Positions 36,401 through 50,739 of a stretch of 64,000 nt of DNA are shown here, in pieces. This DNA is from Raillietiella orientalis (lineage: Eukaryota). How positions within the stretch are numbered: the first letter of the stretch is position 1; each line of letters opens with the position of its first letter. The notes under the pieces were generated by a model. The model did no database searches. It was not told the DNA's origin and saw only the letters and a program-made list of their open reading frames with translations. Location of the stretch: NCBI GenBank assembly GCA_036172245.1, contig JAYWIR010000004.1, positions 6,262,001 to 6,326,000 on the forward strand. Direction: 5' to 3'. The position numbers and the translations under genes were made by a program.

Positions 36401-38349
36401 TCACAGCTTACCGGTGAAAGACGCGACCACTTGGCACGGATCCACGAACATCTCTTTCCCCAGTTAACCCGTGATTTCTCGTCTGGGTACCCAGAGAGTG
36501 AATGTCATCTCTTGAAATGATCCTTTCTCTCGCGAAAGTGAGTTTGTTCCGTCCGAATCCCGCATCCTCGATGCATCAAAGTGAAGCGACCTTGTCTGGA
36601 TACATGGCTCAGCAGACTCTTTCTTCAGGTGATAATTGCAGTACATGACTCAAAAGCAAAGACCCCTCTAACTATGTGAACACCTTTCCCTGTTTTCACT
36701 GTTCGTATCGATGCTTCTTTGTCAACTGTTCCCGAGTTCCTCTCTGTTGTGTCCAAGAGTTACTCGTGACTCGTGGCTACTAAGCGTCCCAGATCATTTG
36801 AGCCTATGATCTTTGGGCATGTGTGGCCTCCATCTCTTAGGAGGACGTAGCTCCAAGAGGCATATTCTGGACGAACCAGAAGCAAGAGACCTCCTTGGTC
36901 GCAGCGGGAAGTCAGAGTGCGGGTCCAGATTAAGGGAGGTTCTGTTCACCGGTGGCTCCACCTACAACCAGTAAAGTGAGGAAGGGAATCAATCTGGAAA
37001 TGGCTGGATTTCTACGCTAAACTGCCTTCTGCACCAAGCGCTCAACGGGAAGATGTGCAGGGCATTTCAAGGTGCAAGGTGAGCCTAGCACCACGGAGAG
37101 GGTGCCGCGGACATTAGTCCGCGGCAACTACGCGGCAGCAAGTAACAGGATCTCGGAGGGGAGCCTCGACAGGGGGTGATGCTCAGAGACCAACACTCTT
37201 GCAAGACAGCGAGAGGAAACCGGAAGATCTGGATGGAAAAGAGGTCAGAAGGGGATAAGATCGGGCAGGGAGAGGTCCTCAGATGAGACGAGCGAGTCTG
37301 AAGGTTGAAAATCAGGGAGTGAGCGAGGTAGGAGGTGTAGGAAAGTGAAAACAAATCTTTCGAAGCTGCCAGACGTAAGAAGGGACTCTTCAAAACCAGC
37401 ATCCTGGATCCACTAGAACTTTTCGATTTGCTCCCTCGGGTGCCACTTTCAAAGCAGTAGTTTACCTTTGCTTGTTTCTGGAAGAGAACACCGAATCCCG
37501 TTTCGCTCCTGGAGGGGGAAGAATCGCCCACATGCCTTCTTTCCTGGGATTCCTCTTGCTCACATGGAGCTTCTGGTCCCTTGGAGAGTAAGTCTCCTCG
37601 TGCATCCCCCAATGCTATGCTCCGGAGAGTGAATACCCCAAGCACAAAGCACGTCCGTGCCGGCGTTTTGCGCATCACTGAGAGTTTCCTCTGAAGCTTC
37701 CCAGCTCTTCAGAGAAGCTCTCTTCCCTCTTCGCCCCGATTCCTGTAGATTTCCCCATCATCATTAGAGAAATGTCTTTCTGTAGCGAACAAGAGAGCGC
37801 TGTGGCAGTACGCGTGAAGACTGGGAGGAGCACGAGTCCTGAAACGGGCAGCGAAACCTCGAGGTGCCCCGCATTCTCTCCTTCCCTTGATCCAGGAAGG
37901 GAACTCGCCTCCAGGGCTCTACGGTAGCCAGCTAGACTTTCAGACGGAGGAGAAGCGTGACTTCTGGAGGGAGGAGGTAGCGACTGACAGACTCATAGCC
38001 CTTGAAAGGTCACTTCAGATGATGCCGCTGTGATCCCAGGGTGCTCGTGACCATCTTGAGGAAACGGGGGGAATTTCAGGAATCAGTAGCATTTCTTATC
38101 TGAAGAAACTCTCAACAGGGGTCCAGAAATTCCCTGCGGGAAGCGACCCGAGGTTATGCTCTTCTGCCGACCTTCTAACGTAAATTCACCTCTTGAGAAA
38201 CCGCCTCGAGAAAGATGGATCCAGAATAGAGCGGTGCACCCACAGGGAAGGTCCCCTGGTGACCATCTTCGAGGAAAACCCAACGACTGGTGGGATCTCG
38301 CTCTCTCTTTTCCCTTCTGATGAGCCTCTCTGTGGCAGTAGAGGTTTCC

Positions 38350-39450
38350 GTCGCTTCCTATGAGAAGCCCTCCAGGAGAGAACGTCGCTCTGGATAGTAG
38401 GAATCTGGGGAGATGGAGGCTAGGAGTCAGAGCGCCCAAGGAATAATGGAGAAAGACGGTTTTCCTGGACTTTCCTGCCCTGAACTTACGGGCCGTTTTT
38501 CCCTGAAACAAAAAAGCGATTATATTTTTTGTACAACGACCCAAAGGACCGACACGTGTTTGCTCGAAACGAAAGGGATTAAAGCCCCCTAGGGACAAGA
38601 CCAAGAGGGAGTGGAGGAAGACAAGGGAAGCCCAACCAATGGACAAATAAATAGGAAATGGATGGACCTGCTACACGGTAATCAGCATGATTCCCAAGGG
38701 GCTGAGTCAAGAAGGGAGGAGATGAAAAGGAGCCGGGGCAAGTTCACTGGATAATAGGAGCTGTTCCTTGTACCTTGCATCCCAAACTGATCCATTTTTC
38801 TGCCCTACGTATCGTAGGCGAGAGCGACTGTGAGCAGCTTTCCGGGGCGACGGCCACGTCCTTCCATTTTGGCAATCACCGGTGCTCGCACGCGACAGAG
38901 AGCGCCCAGTGACGAGACAGCTGTGATCAACCTGGAGGAGTGGAGCGAATGCATGTGAACCTTAGGGTACCTTAGGGATGGCAGCATTTCGATTCGGGGA
39001 TGAAGTGCCTGTGATGCGCTTTCAGCTCTGATGCATTTCAACAGCCCGTGAGGAAGGATTCCCCATTTTTCCGCAGCAGGAACATCCTCGCTGAGGAGTG
39101 GTGGAGTTGCTCGCTTCAAGGGAGGTCCCACAGCATCGACGGTGTGGCAGCATGCTGGTGGCGAAGGGGAAGGACAGAGGCGTCGGCTGGGAAAACCCGG
39201 CGATCTCGAAGCTTGCTCAGGGAATTCCGAGAAACTCGGTCCACCTCTGAGGTCCGTGAAGGAGGTCTTCGGACGGCTTGGTTCTCCGGCCGGGACACTC
39301 CCCATTGGGTGATGGACTTGATGGTTCCTCCAGGTCACTCTGCTAGAGTGTTTGGTTCCGTGCTCGGTAGCGAGGCAGGTGAGGAAGAGTCCTCCCCCTC
39401 CTTTCTCATCGGGGGGGATGGAATTTTCGTCTTGGTCGGCACACACGGGG
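38350..39450 (-). mobile_element. DIRS1-like YR relic
   Basis: HGTKHSSRVTW (ST-Y-W), ITAVSSLGALCRV (KT-LLAL-RV), GRCTKNII...FRAGKSRK (SRWIK-I-RAHSTRK), SRATF (W-S-TF). Confidence 0.45.
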
Positions 39451-40249
39451 AATCGCCCTCTTCCGCGTCTCGAGCGCTAGCCCGGAAGCGGCCATGGCAG
39501 CGGCCGCTTCCGTCCATTGGGAGCGGGGGGCCGGAAGCGGCACGGTTCCTCTGCTCCGATGGAAGAAGGGCGCTTCCGCTAGGAAATCCAGAAGAGGGAG
39601 AAACAACATTGGAGCCGAAAGGCAGCGGAGATCTGTTCTCGCCATCTGCTGCCGATGGCTCTAGGAGTGGGTAATCTTAATCCTAAGTGCAGCGAGGTAA
39701 AGGAGTACTGGGCTCATCTAAGGCGGGCCAAAAGTGACAGGAAGTTCCTACTTGAGGCCAGGCAAAGGGCTCGCTACACTCAAAAGTGGTGACGTTTCCA
39801 TGGATACCAGCAAATATCCTGATGCTTTCCTTTCTCAAAGATGTGTTGCCAGGGCAGTCTCCTCCTTTTTTTTTTTTCTTGCGGGAAACGAATGTCGCGT
39901 CTTCCTCGCAGCATTCGTTTGGCTTCGTTGTCGCAGGTCAGAAATGATCGGTCAAGAGACCCACGGTTTTTTATGATTGGCAGGAAACGCAGAGCTGTGA
40001 TCGCCTCCAGCTCGACCCTCCTCTTCTGCAGAATCCGGGAAGCTCTTCTCTGTGTCATCCAGGATGCGAAGACGCTTTTGCGTCCGGAATACCAGTGACC
40101 TCCCGTGACCTTCTCTTCTTCAGGAAGCACGAACCGGTTTTCATTCATGCCTTCTGCTGCTCGACAGCTCCTTCGTCCTGGAAACAAAAGTGCTCTTCCT
40201 CTCCTCCCCTTTCATTCTTCGTTTGTCTCCTGTCCCTTCAGCTTTCCTC

Positions 40250-42030
40250 GGGGGAATGGCAGCAGGATGTATGAAAAGAAGGGACGACGGAGAGCTGCAG
40301 ATCGATGCTTCTTGTCCTCCTTTACTTCCTTTTCTGAGAACGGACGATCTCGAGGACAGCCGGGACTTCAAGGCGGAGTGGGCACTTTCTGGCAAGGAGT
40401 TGGTTCTTCCGGGAGAGACTCTGTATTTTCCGGGTAACGGTACAACCTTGCCTCCTATCAATCATCTCTAAAGGAAATATGAGGGAGCCTCTTTCCTTTC
40501 CTTTCCACTCTTCCTCCTCAGGCAGTCATGTGCGCGCAGGATGTTTCGTGCCTCACCCCTCACTTACCTTTTTCATTCGCATTCTTCTCCCTTAGGCGCA
40601 GAATCATCATCTCCTTTCCTCCTGCGTGGCCCGTGCCGCCTTCCGTTGGATGAGGGAGGTCTCCTGCCCTCCCATTCTCCCTCCTATTCCGCCAGCGATC
40701 CCGTTCCTTGGTTCTCGCTGGTTCATTAGACTCACCTCCGCGGCACGCAAGGTCGTCTCCCCCTTCCCCCGGGCGCGGCAAAGATGGTGGTTGCCGTCTC
40801 GCTATTTGTCTCCAACTCTTCCACTCCCGGTAGCTGGGGGCAACTGGAGCCATATTCCAGCCTTGACTGCAGCCGGAGGGAGAGGCAGGGTCGAGAAACA
40901 ACAGAGGGCCGTACTCGGATTCTTACAGACCCAGAAGTGGCATGCCCAGTCCCTAAGATTAGTATCCAGTCCCCACGATTGCTTAGAAAAAAAGCACTCA
41001 TGATTCCGGGAGCAGCTCCCCTGTCCCTTGAAGGCAAAACTGCCTCGAACTCCCTCCTCCGACTTCTTTCTGGCTATGTGATTTCCCTGGCACCTGCTGA
41101 CCTCTTCTTTCAGAGAACTGAGCGCCAAGTGTCACTCCCTCCAAGAGGGGCTTGGTGGAGAGCTGGAGCCATCTAAAGGGAAGAAGAGCAATGAAATGTT
41201 AGAACTGTAGCTGTGATCTCTTCGACAGAAGTTCAGAATTTCTGAAATACCCACCGCTTTGACCTACCTCCTCAAGGATGAGGCTTCAGGTTTTGCTCCC
41301 GATCTTTCCACCATTGGAACGCGATGACGGAAGAAGCATTTAATTTCTGGAAGGTCACAGATACCCCGTGCCTTTCTGTGCAAATTCTTGCGAATTCCTG
41401 TCTGATAGGATGCTCACCTACTCCCGAAATTTTCACACACCCAGGGTTGTTCTGCACTGCTTTCTTGCCCCCTCCCGTCCACTTGAAATCTCCCCTCCTC
41501 CCTTCGAGCTTGTTTCCAGAATGATACAAAGAGGTGGTTATTATGCAGTCTTTCTTGTGTCAAGAAGGGTTCTGAAGTTTCACCTCATCATTTCTCCAGT
41601 AAAGTTCCGCGAGCGATTGGAGGTTTCCATTCAGACCAGTCAGTTCGGAAGCCGCCTTTCACTCGCTCACAAATCCATCACAACTTCCGCCCTCTAGGAG
41701 GCTTCTAGAATCCTCCTTCGAGTGAATCTGGAGAGTGATTCCCGTTCTTTACCTTTCTTTTGAAATCCCTCATTTGGATCTAAAGGTTTTGCCTCATTTG
41801 GAGCCTCCGTCGACCTTCAGTTTCCAGAAAGGCCATCTGAGCATCCTTGAAAAGGGAAGTATTGGAAGGGTGTGCTTTGTATTCTGACAAAAAAAGGTTA
41901 ATGAACTGGATGAATCAAGTCCTCTGACTGGAAGCACCTGATCAGGTTTGCTGTTCGAGTTCAGTCTGAGCTCCACAAAGAAAATCCCATCTCGTGGCTC
42001 TTTGAGATGCTGGTGCCAGAGATCGGTGAC
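40250..42030 (+). mobile_element. DIRS1-like relic, RNase H to methyltransferase-like to YR
   Basis: LQIDAS (TDAS), DFKAEWAL...GETLYFPGNGTTLPPINH (ELKAV-AL-G-V-DNTT-YINH), PRLLRKK...AP...LLRLLSG...DLFFQ...AW (MT C-terminus), LVSRMIQRG...VSRRVLKF...HKSITTSAL (YR). Confidence 0.6.
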
Positions 42031-42049
42031 CTCTGTTCAGCATACGCTA

Positions 42050-42450
42050 CTCTTCCTCAGACCCCCTACAAATTGCGTCCGAGCACGCAAAAAGATTTGG
42101 TCTTCCTGATGGAAGGTCTATTGCTTTATTGCAATCTAATACTGTAGCCGCCATGATCTGTACCATTTTTTTTTCCATTCGGATGATGGTTCTCTCATGC
42201 TCCTCTGGGTCTGCTATCAATTTGTTGTAGTCTCCTTCAGTGATGATGCTCATGTTCCGGATGTGCAGCGTAGAGACTGCTGACTTCCTGTTCGATGAAA
42301 AAACCTTCTCTTCAGGAATACTCTGCTTCCTGTCACTTAGGTGGATTTGTCGAGACCAGGAATCCTTCCTTCAAATCGGCAACTGCAAAGTATCTCATGC
42401 ACGTCTTTCAATGATAAGTTGGGACTCTGACCCTGCGAGTGTTTGCCTAT
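42050..42450 (-). mobile_element. DIRS1-like RT N-terminal relic
   Basis: LKEGFLVSTNPP (I-GY-F-PP), FIEQEVSSL (EV-LL), KLIAD (RLI-D), IRME (FKME), KAIDL (SIDL). Confidence 0.5.
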
Positions 42451-43542
42451 GAAGTCTTGTGTTTTCCACAGACAACTGCTCTTATTGCTCTACCTGTCTC
42501 CTTCAGTGCAAGATTTCGTTACTATCATCGACTGCAGTGACCTGCTACTATTATGAAACGGGTGCTTTGGGGAAAAGTGGGGAACTCTTGGTAGCTGACT
42601 TTTTGTTAACATTCCTCCTTGCATTCATGTCATTCGTGTACCAGGACCACGGGAAAGGGGAATTCTGCAACTCTGCTTTGTATGACTGTAGAGATTGCAG
42701 CCAGTCATGCTAGTTTCCTCCTATGAAAGGGATGCAAAAGAAACGTTCCAAAACGGGAATTGAATGACACTGTGGAAGATTTGGGTTATGCTCACGTGCT
42801 AATGAAATCCCAATTTACGTCATAACTCAAAGAGGAACAAGAAGAGGCAAGTGCAAGCATGCGTTCTCTTTATATGAAAGAGTAATGATTTTTGATTCTG
42901 CACTTCGCCGCTACGAATGGATCTACTTTCTCCTTTCTCACGGCCGGAAATCATCCCTGCGATCAGCCAGGGGAAGACTGACAACGGAAGCAGCAGCTCG
43001 ATGATTGGGTTATTAAAAGAATACCATCAACAGAATGCCCAGAGCTCGGTATTTGAAGAGAAAATCGCTTATCTCGTGTGGGATTCGGAAAGAGTGTTCC
43101 ATATCTTGAGTTCTGAACAAACGAATCCTCCAAAAATAATTGGGATATGGTAATAGAAAAGGCAGATTGTAGTTACAGAACACTTTAAAATAAACAAAGA
43201 ATCCTATCTATCAGTAGAATACTCATACGTAGTGAAGATGGGAAATAATTATCGCCAAAATTAGTGTCCAAGATACACCAATGTTTACCTTTATTTTTAT
43301 GCTATATCTACATTTACTCCCTAATTACCAGTAACATGACCTAATCTAACATAATATTTGCCCTTTATTCAAATAGCATTTGCTTCAAAGGAGCTCAGTT
43401 AAGCTAGTAGCTGCTTACACCAGAAAGTAGATTTCATGAGCTAGCTGAGGTTTGTAAGTTTATGCCTACAAGCAGTTAGTGACTGCTGGTGCTTCCTAGA
43501 AGGAACCCATATTTCTTAGACCCGGTGTCACCACAACAGCAG

Positions 43543-43607
43543 CTTTTGAGCGCCATCCCATTTCGTCGACATTAAGTTGGCTGACGAAATGGGATGACGC
43601 TCAAAAG
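43543..43607. repeat. Inverted repeat, 26-bp arms with a 13-nt loop
   Basis: cttttgagcgccatcccatttcgtcg-acattaagttggc-tgacgaaatgggatgacgctcaaaag, 24/26 complementary. Confidence 0.92.
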
Positions 43608-43649
43608 TGCTCATTCGAGTGCCTTTTGTTGCGCTCCTAGGCAGATCTA

Positions 43650-44420
43650 GTAGCGGTCAGGTTGGTGGAGGTGCCTCGAGCAGCTAGGGTTCGGAGACGA
43701 CAGGGAAGCAAGAAGTTCAAGAACGTCGTTTTGCCCTTCACCGAGTATCCCAACTACAGATTTAGTCTGCTTATTATGAGGGCACTTTTCTGGAGCTGCG
43801 AACGCTTCCAGAGGTAAACATTCTTGTTACTCTTCAAAACAAACAGTTTGTCGAGTCTGAGATTCCGATTCCTCCGCTCTGAAAGTACCGATGAAGAAGC
43901 ACTGGGAAAGTGACTGCAGTTCATAGTATTGAGAAACCAGACCTCAGGGCTGGATTACATGCTTTTAAAATCCAGGTTTTCCAGCCATTTTCTTTGTTCC
44001 CTTGAAGGATTCAAATGGGATGACTTTAGGGGCTGGGCTTATTTTGTTTTAGATTTCCACAAGAGGAGTTGCCGGTGGAATGGATGGAAGCGTATGATCG
44101 ACAACAAACGCTTCCTTTCCGAACCAGTTTTCAAGACTGCCCACTTGAAAGGCTGAACGAGGAGCAGTTCCCTTTCCATTCTATAAACGGTGCTACGTGA
44201 CCGTTGTAGTTTAGTGGCAGAGGATCAGTGCATCTGAAAATTCTGAAGAAGGATCAGGGTCTCGAAGAATTCACCTTGTGATTTCGAGCGCTGTAAGGAG
44301 GGCCTGCTTTCCGATTAAAGGCGAGTTTCAACATTGCCTTCCCATTTAAGGAATATGAAGCGGAACTTTTTCAGTGAGTCGAAGAAAGAGGCAGCCGATC
44401 TTCTGTAGGACTGGATGCAT
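43650..44420 (-). mobile_element. Possible DIRS1-like RT/RNase H linker relic
   Basis: RFHPFHRQLLLW (RLH-R-LQ-W) and EQRKWLEN (L-WW-N). Weak. Confidence 0.25.
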
Positions 44421-44984
44421 GTTATAAAGCATTCTACTAGGTCACATTCTGCAACTTCCTGAAAAAGAAAAAGGAAATGTTTCTGGACCCACCAGAAGCA
44501 TCCCTCCTCTCTTCAGCATTAATTTAATGAATTGAGGAAACAGGGAGTCATAGACTCATTTCTGGGGTACATGATTTTTTTGAAATCTTCTCAATGTCAG
44601 TTGGTCTGACACTGAGAAAATTCTCTGTGTTTTCTTTCAATCTCAGAATAGCTGTCTTTAACTTCAGATTCCTAAATTTCGCAAGTGGCATTTGCTGTTT
44701 TCTGATGAGGTAAATCTTACTTTTTGCACTGCCAAAAATTAAAATTGAGATAAATTTTAAAATCAGAATGCTCTCGTCATAGTCTTAGCATTCCATCTTT
44801 ACAAATCTTTCCGAACTCATTCCTTCAGTCGTAGATTCGTTTTCGTTTTCTCATCTCTTGATGCCCATCCTTCCAAGCAAACAACGCTGTCTCAGATTTT
44901 CTGATCTGACGCCTCTCAGCATTCTGAAAACATGTCTATAAAATCGCTTAGAGAATGGGTTTCTAACAGCCATCAGGATTCTGG

Positions 44985-45200
44985 ATGCTTTCTGATGAGA
45001 GCACACTTCTCATGTTTGATCAATATCAGATGCAAGACCGAACGAAATTCGGACGCATGAGGACTGGAGTAAATGCTATCGAGACACTTGTGAGCACGTG
45101 TACATGCAGGCGAATATTTATGCAGCCTAAATTGGACCGTTTCATCGATATCTGGACCGCCAGAAGGAATCGTGGACTTGTGCGCATCGCCCTCCCTTAA
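44985..45200 (+). mobile_element. Tc1/mariner-type DDE/D transposase relic (first-Asp region)
   Basis: WMLSDES (W-FSDES), QMQDRTKFG (N-QN-R-WG), IDIWTARRNRGLV (V-VW-A-G-V). Confidence 0.4.
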
Positions 45201-45839
45201 TTTTGTGAGCAAGAGAATGCTTTTTTCCCATCGGAGTTTTCGCTCTAATGCAATCGACTCTATCTAATGCACAATGAATCACAAGAAAAGTATTCTGCTT
45301 TCGTCGTGACGAGATCAACGAAGGTGAGTACAGAAACTGCTGACTTTGCAGCTTCTGTATGCTGGATTCATCTCATGGACGAACTGCTTTTATTTCCCGT
45401 TCCCTAAATGGGATATATTTCTAGGTAATGCATTTTTCTTTCGGAAAGTTCCAGAAATTGAAAACAAGCGGTAGTCCAAGACTTTTTGCACGAGGAGACT
45501 ATCCTGCATTTCTTAATGTACGTTTCTTTATCCAGGAGCTCTCCGTGATGGAAATCAAGTCGCGTGTCATCATATGTAAATGCGACCACTGATTTTCTGA
45601 TGTCTCCAGGAATAGCAGAACTTGCATTTCTACGTTATCAGCATATAGTTATCTGGAAATCCGGCAAATGAACAGCGACTTGGTCCAAACCTGACAACTC
45701 CGTAGCACTAATCATCAAGACAGAATTGAGCCCAGAGGCTATGAGTGAAATGAAAACATTGATTCAGTTGGAATATTCCCGCAGAACTCATTTCTTGGGA
45801 GAGAAGAGTTTTCCTCCGAGGAATACGTTCTGATTCACT

Positions 45840-46200
45840 TGTCTACAAATGTATCGACCATTCTCACACAGCACGAAAGATCTGAACTAAAAATACATGG
45901 CACTTCGGACAAAATGAGGATCTTCGGCTCGTTATGCTTATTTATTATGGAAAAAAAAGTTCGAATAGAACGCGATACTAATAGTCTTCTGGCTACCCTG
46001 AGAAATGTTTTAGGGGGAAATAACAACCTGACTATAAACTGCATCTTCAGATCTCGCGTCTAGCAATAAAAGTCAAGTTATCTTAACATGGGATGAACTC
46101 AATCCAAATTCTGCATCAAGTCAGATTATTGAAAAGAATTTGGAAGGAGGAAGTACTTTCGTACATTTATAAGGTTGTTCCGAAGTCGGGATAATCTGAG
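45840..46200 (+). mobile_element. Possible DIRS1-like RNase H relic
   Basis: RSELKI (LELKA), KKVRIERDTNSLLA (K-V-I-DN-VVA), VHL*G (HI-G). Weak. Confidence 0.3.
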
Positions 46201-49200
46201 CTTGATGACCCTGATGATTGCTCTGATGCGGAATGGAATTGTAACTGCCATGAAATTGAATTCTCACCATAGGCAGTTGAGAGCTTCATTTCGGATGTAA
46301 TTAAGATGTTCACAATGTTTCACATTGTGATTACCCTTTTTTTTTTTTAACATCGAAAAGGAAGTATCGGAACATTTGCACTTCTGTGCTAGATGTGCAG
46401 GGGACACAAGATGCAGATCACCTTAGTCTCTATTCGTTCTTCCTTCCCTTTGTCTTTTGGCATCTGTTTTTGAAAGTATCGAATGAATAAAACATCAGAA
46501 AGGGAATTTTGCTAAGAGATTTATTTAGAACTTGCGTAGAACTGATCTCCGGTCTGTGAAAGTCAGTCAGACTTTTCAGGTTCGTGATTCAAGGGTCCGA
46601 ATGCTTGTAAAAACGCATCTCAAACAAATAGGCGGTTCCTAAAAGACGCGAACTTTACCCGTTGACTCATTCATAATACATAAACGTAATGTTTGAGTAG
46701 GTCCTCTTCTGTTCGGGTGCTTTCAATGAGCCATGTAGGGATGATTTATGTTTTGCTCTTGTAATCGTGTTATCGCAGTCTGTCTCCGTCGTAATTATTT
46801 TGCAGAAAATCAAGTGGTGAGGCGCTTTTTCAGCAGAATGCTATCACTATTAATCTGGGCAACAGCACTAGAGAAATCAGGTCGAATCGAGCAAAATGAC
46901 GAAATTAACTGGAGAAAAGAAAAACACAAGGTGCTTTATCAACAAGTACTTATGATGAAATTTACAAGAGGAGCGCATTGAAAAATCTACAGAGTCCAAC
47001 GGAGAAATACCTGGAAGACAAACTCGAAGATACGACTTAGCTTTCCTAGTGGAACTGTCAGTTATTTTCATATGCTGACAGATGAAACTGATATCAGGGA
47101 CAGATCATCTTGCTGATCTGTTTATTGATAGCCAAAATTTCCGTGCTGTTCACAGTCACTATTCCATCTCTCAATGACCTATATCTTGTTCTTTCGTCCT
47201 GTTTTGTTTATTGAATTCTTTATCTGTATCCTAAATTCAGCTGCATTGTGGAGGAAAAGATGCTGTCATCAAGTTACATTTAACCATCAGGAATGTTCTG
47301 CTCCGTTCAAACCTCCGTACCTCGATTGGAAGCGCTTTATGGCTTACTGACTTCCCAAAACTATTTATTAAATACTCTTATTATGTTTACTGTGATTATT
47401 TTCGAGCTGCTTCCTTGTGTTTGTTTTTCGCACACTAGAAGCTATTTCTTTCTGACTCACAGTGCGCTCAGAAAAGTATAGGAAAACAAAAGGTCTGTCA
47501 TTCGGTCTGTCTATTTAGCCTGATACTTTCAATCCTCTTCACATTCATTCATCGAACGAAAAGAAAATCTGGATGTCTGAGAAATCAGTAAAGAATCGTA
47601 GAGCAATTTTGTTTATATTGCAGAGTTAATTCTTGGAACTGATGCATAATACATTGATTCCCATTGAAAAATCAGAATGAAACCTCAAAATTTTCAAACA
47701 TCTTCCAGTTTTTGAGCAATAATCGCAACTTACTTTCAGATCTTTATTGATAATTGGTAATGTTTACTCATTACGATTTGAAAATCAGTAGCAGCTAACT
47801 AGCCAACTCCTCCAGTTAATGATATAATAAGTGAAAAATAAGAAGTCAGCAATTTTTTGTTCCACCATTTTCATATCCATTACCTGATAAAAATGAAAAT
47901 CAGAAGGAATTCATGAAAATTCATTTTTCATCATCAGTGATAATGCAGAGATAATTGTAATAACTGCAAAACAAAACAAAGCAAAACAACATACACAAAG
48001 GGACACTCTAGAATAGAAGTACGAATATCAGGAGCAGCATCGTTTGCTCATAAGAACTTTACTTTCTCTTCATGAAATGTTAATCAGATAAATAATATCA
48101 TTTTTAGCAAAAAGAATAATTAATAGAGCAACAGCAAAATGGAAGAATTTTACAGTGTTTTGTCAAAGGTCAGTTTGAGTTTCAGAACACCGTGACCGGC
48201 TACTAAATAATCGGTATTAAAACCCCACGAAATTTTTCAAAGCACTTTCGGAATACTCGAGCGAAGAAGTTCAGATGCAAATATTTCCACAAACTGAAGG
48301 CATCAGCTGTTCAGCAGTGGAACGAACTTTCCCGAAAATGTTTGCAAAATATTCTTTATTCCAGCATGTACTTCTCATACGACCCGTGCTCTGAACCGCC
48401 ACGTGGAATTCCAAGGAAATTGTCCCCAATTTGATGAATTGCGTTTTGAAGATGTTCCTAATTTTCTTTCGTCCTCCGTAGGCAGTGCGAATTTCATCGT
48501 TAAAAGTTTACACCTCTCAGTGCTGCTATTTAGCAGCAAAGATGGAATCAGTCGAGCGCCTTCCTTTTCAAGCTGCTTTTCTGAAACAAACGTCAAAGAA
48601 TGTCAACGAAACCGAATTTGAGATCGTAATGTCTAAAGGTGAATCCACATCACGTGTGAGCTTTCGAGAAGAGAGCAAAAACCATGACCGGCTGAAATCC
48701 AATGTTGCATAGAAAAGTAACAAATCACACGGGCACAATCTTCACGGGGCACAAATTTCCTCCTGATCTGGAAGTTCAGTCACGGTGTGCATTTATAAGA
48801 GTGCGAACGTTATTACCACGCTCTTTGCTTACCAAAGTTGTGGAGGCGAAAACTTGCAAATTTCTGAGGACCATCGTTCGATCATTTTAGGATTGAAGCC
48901 AGGAGACTATCTGAAATAGGAAGTGTTCTCATGTAGCATGTGCATGAGCCTTCGTGTGAGGAACAGAGAGAGTCAGATATTTGGTTTCTCCTCGACGACA
49001 AGTAAGGTTCACCTAAGAGGAATTTGAAAGTCTGGTGGAGTTCTGTTTCCACTTTTCCGAATTAACAAAGAGAGAAGTATTTCTTTGGTACAGATTTATT
49101 ACAGAATACCGACCATACCTGCTCATTGCATGATCAAAATTTTTGCACCGCTTATTATTTCTAGTGATGATGTGGTATGCATGGGCGTAGTCAGCATGAA

Positions 49201-49279
49201 TGCGGTGTGTATCGCAATTAGAAAAAAAGAAAAGATTCTTAAAAGCGAATTCAATTTCTGGAGATGATATACATGGACA

Positions 49280-49730
49280 TCCGGTAGTTTACTCTGCTAA
49301 GCAAGGAATGTCCTGAGACACGGTCCATTTTGTACAAGCGAAGCTTTTCTGAATCGGTGAATTACCAACCAAAGTGTGAACAGCTCAAACAGATAACTGA
49401 TCCGAGAAGACATAAACAAAGCTCTCCAAGACCAGCACAACGAAGAAAGCAGAATACCCCAGAGTAAGTGATTTGATCGTTTCTTGAAGAGTACGGGGCA
49501 AGTCATTGGATGGCGTTAAGTTAAGAAAATTGAGCGCAGCTTGTCTTTTTTCGAAGACTCTTCCGAAGACTATTTATCTGAAAGCAGAAGGAAAATTGAT
49601 TCCCAGCAAGTGAGAAGCTTTTCAATGAGAGTGTTCAGCATCCTCGAATCTGACTGATGATGTAATGGAGGAACCGTCAAGCACTCTTAGTCTCTCAATG
49701 GAGTTTTCAGCACAAGGTTTCTGATGTGTT
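49280..49730 (-). mobile_element. Probable DIRS1-like YR relic
   Basis: GSSITS...LLGINF...GRVFEKR and ALFMSSRISYL (LA-G-RISEL). Confidence 0.35.
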
Positions 49731-50739
49731 CATGGAGAGAAGAAAACGTGGAAGGATAGAGTGTATGCTCTTAGCATTTCTCCTTCATGTGAAATGATGT
49801 TTTCTTGATATAAATTCCAAAAATTCCCATTCCAGGAAGCCGAATTATGACCAGATTTGAACAAATTTCGGCACTTCTCAAAAGCAGGAGATAACATCGG
49901 AAAATGATATGCACTTTTGAGATGAAAAAAAAAAAAAACATGCTCATTAGAAAGAGATGTGCATACCATAGAAGGCAGTTACTACTTACCTCAAAACAGT
50001 TACTGTCTTTTTTTTAAAGGTTTACTCCGAAGTCCTCGAGGGAGTCCACTTAGCATCTGTCTAACTCGAAAATTATCACCACTTCTATGGTAACTCCATG
50101 TTTTGCGTAGTTTTTTAGCACATGACAGTCAAACGACCATACACTGAGGCACATTTCCATCAAAATGTATGTCCATTCTAACAAAAAAAATCAAATATGA
50201 AACCAAAAATATTCTTCCTTGAGATGCATCATGCTGTGTTTTTATAACCTGAAGTTTACGGAATCAGACATTTCTTGTCTGGTTATTAATATTTTCTTGC
50301 TTCAATGTTTTTGCAAATACCTTCGTTTCTCACGATACTCATGAAGGAGGAAGAATTATGGAGGCGGATATCGGCCTAACAAAAGGACTCTCTGAATGTC
50401 CCAACAGTAAGGTTGCTAATGAAATTTGGAATGGAAGCTCCAACTGCACCATTACGGGACAGAAATTCCAATGCCTGTTTTTCATATAAAACACTGACAT
50501 CGGATTTTACGGAAAGTAGCTATTGACTTCGTTTAGAGTATTTTTTTCAGATGTGTCAATGGGAACACTGTATCATTTTTGTTTCTTTTCGCTTTTCACC
50601 GTATTGAGGTCTGGATTGACAGTCGCTAATGCTCTCCTTCACATGAATTTCTTCTTCTTTGAGATCGGCGATCGTTTCCATCAGCTGCCTAACAACAGTT
50701 TTCTTCTCAAAATGCTTCTTTTCTCCTTTCTCATCAAGC

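Noticed and set aside
37085..39674. ORFs of 187-213 aa as host genes
   Set aside because: They are GC-rich, overlap on both strands and lack host domains. They are better explained by decayed DIRS sequence, although 37085-37678 remains unassigned.
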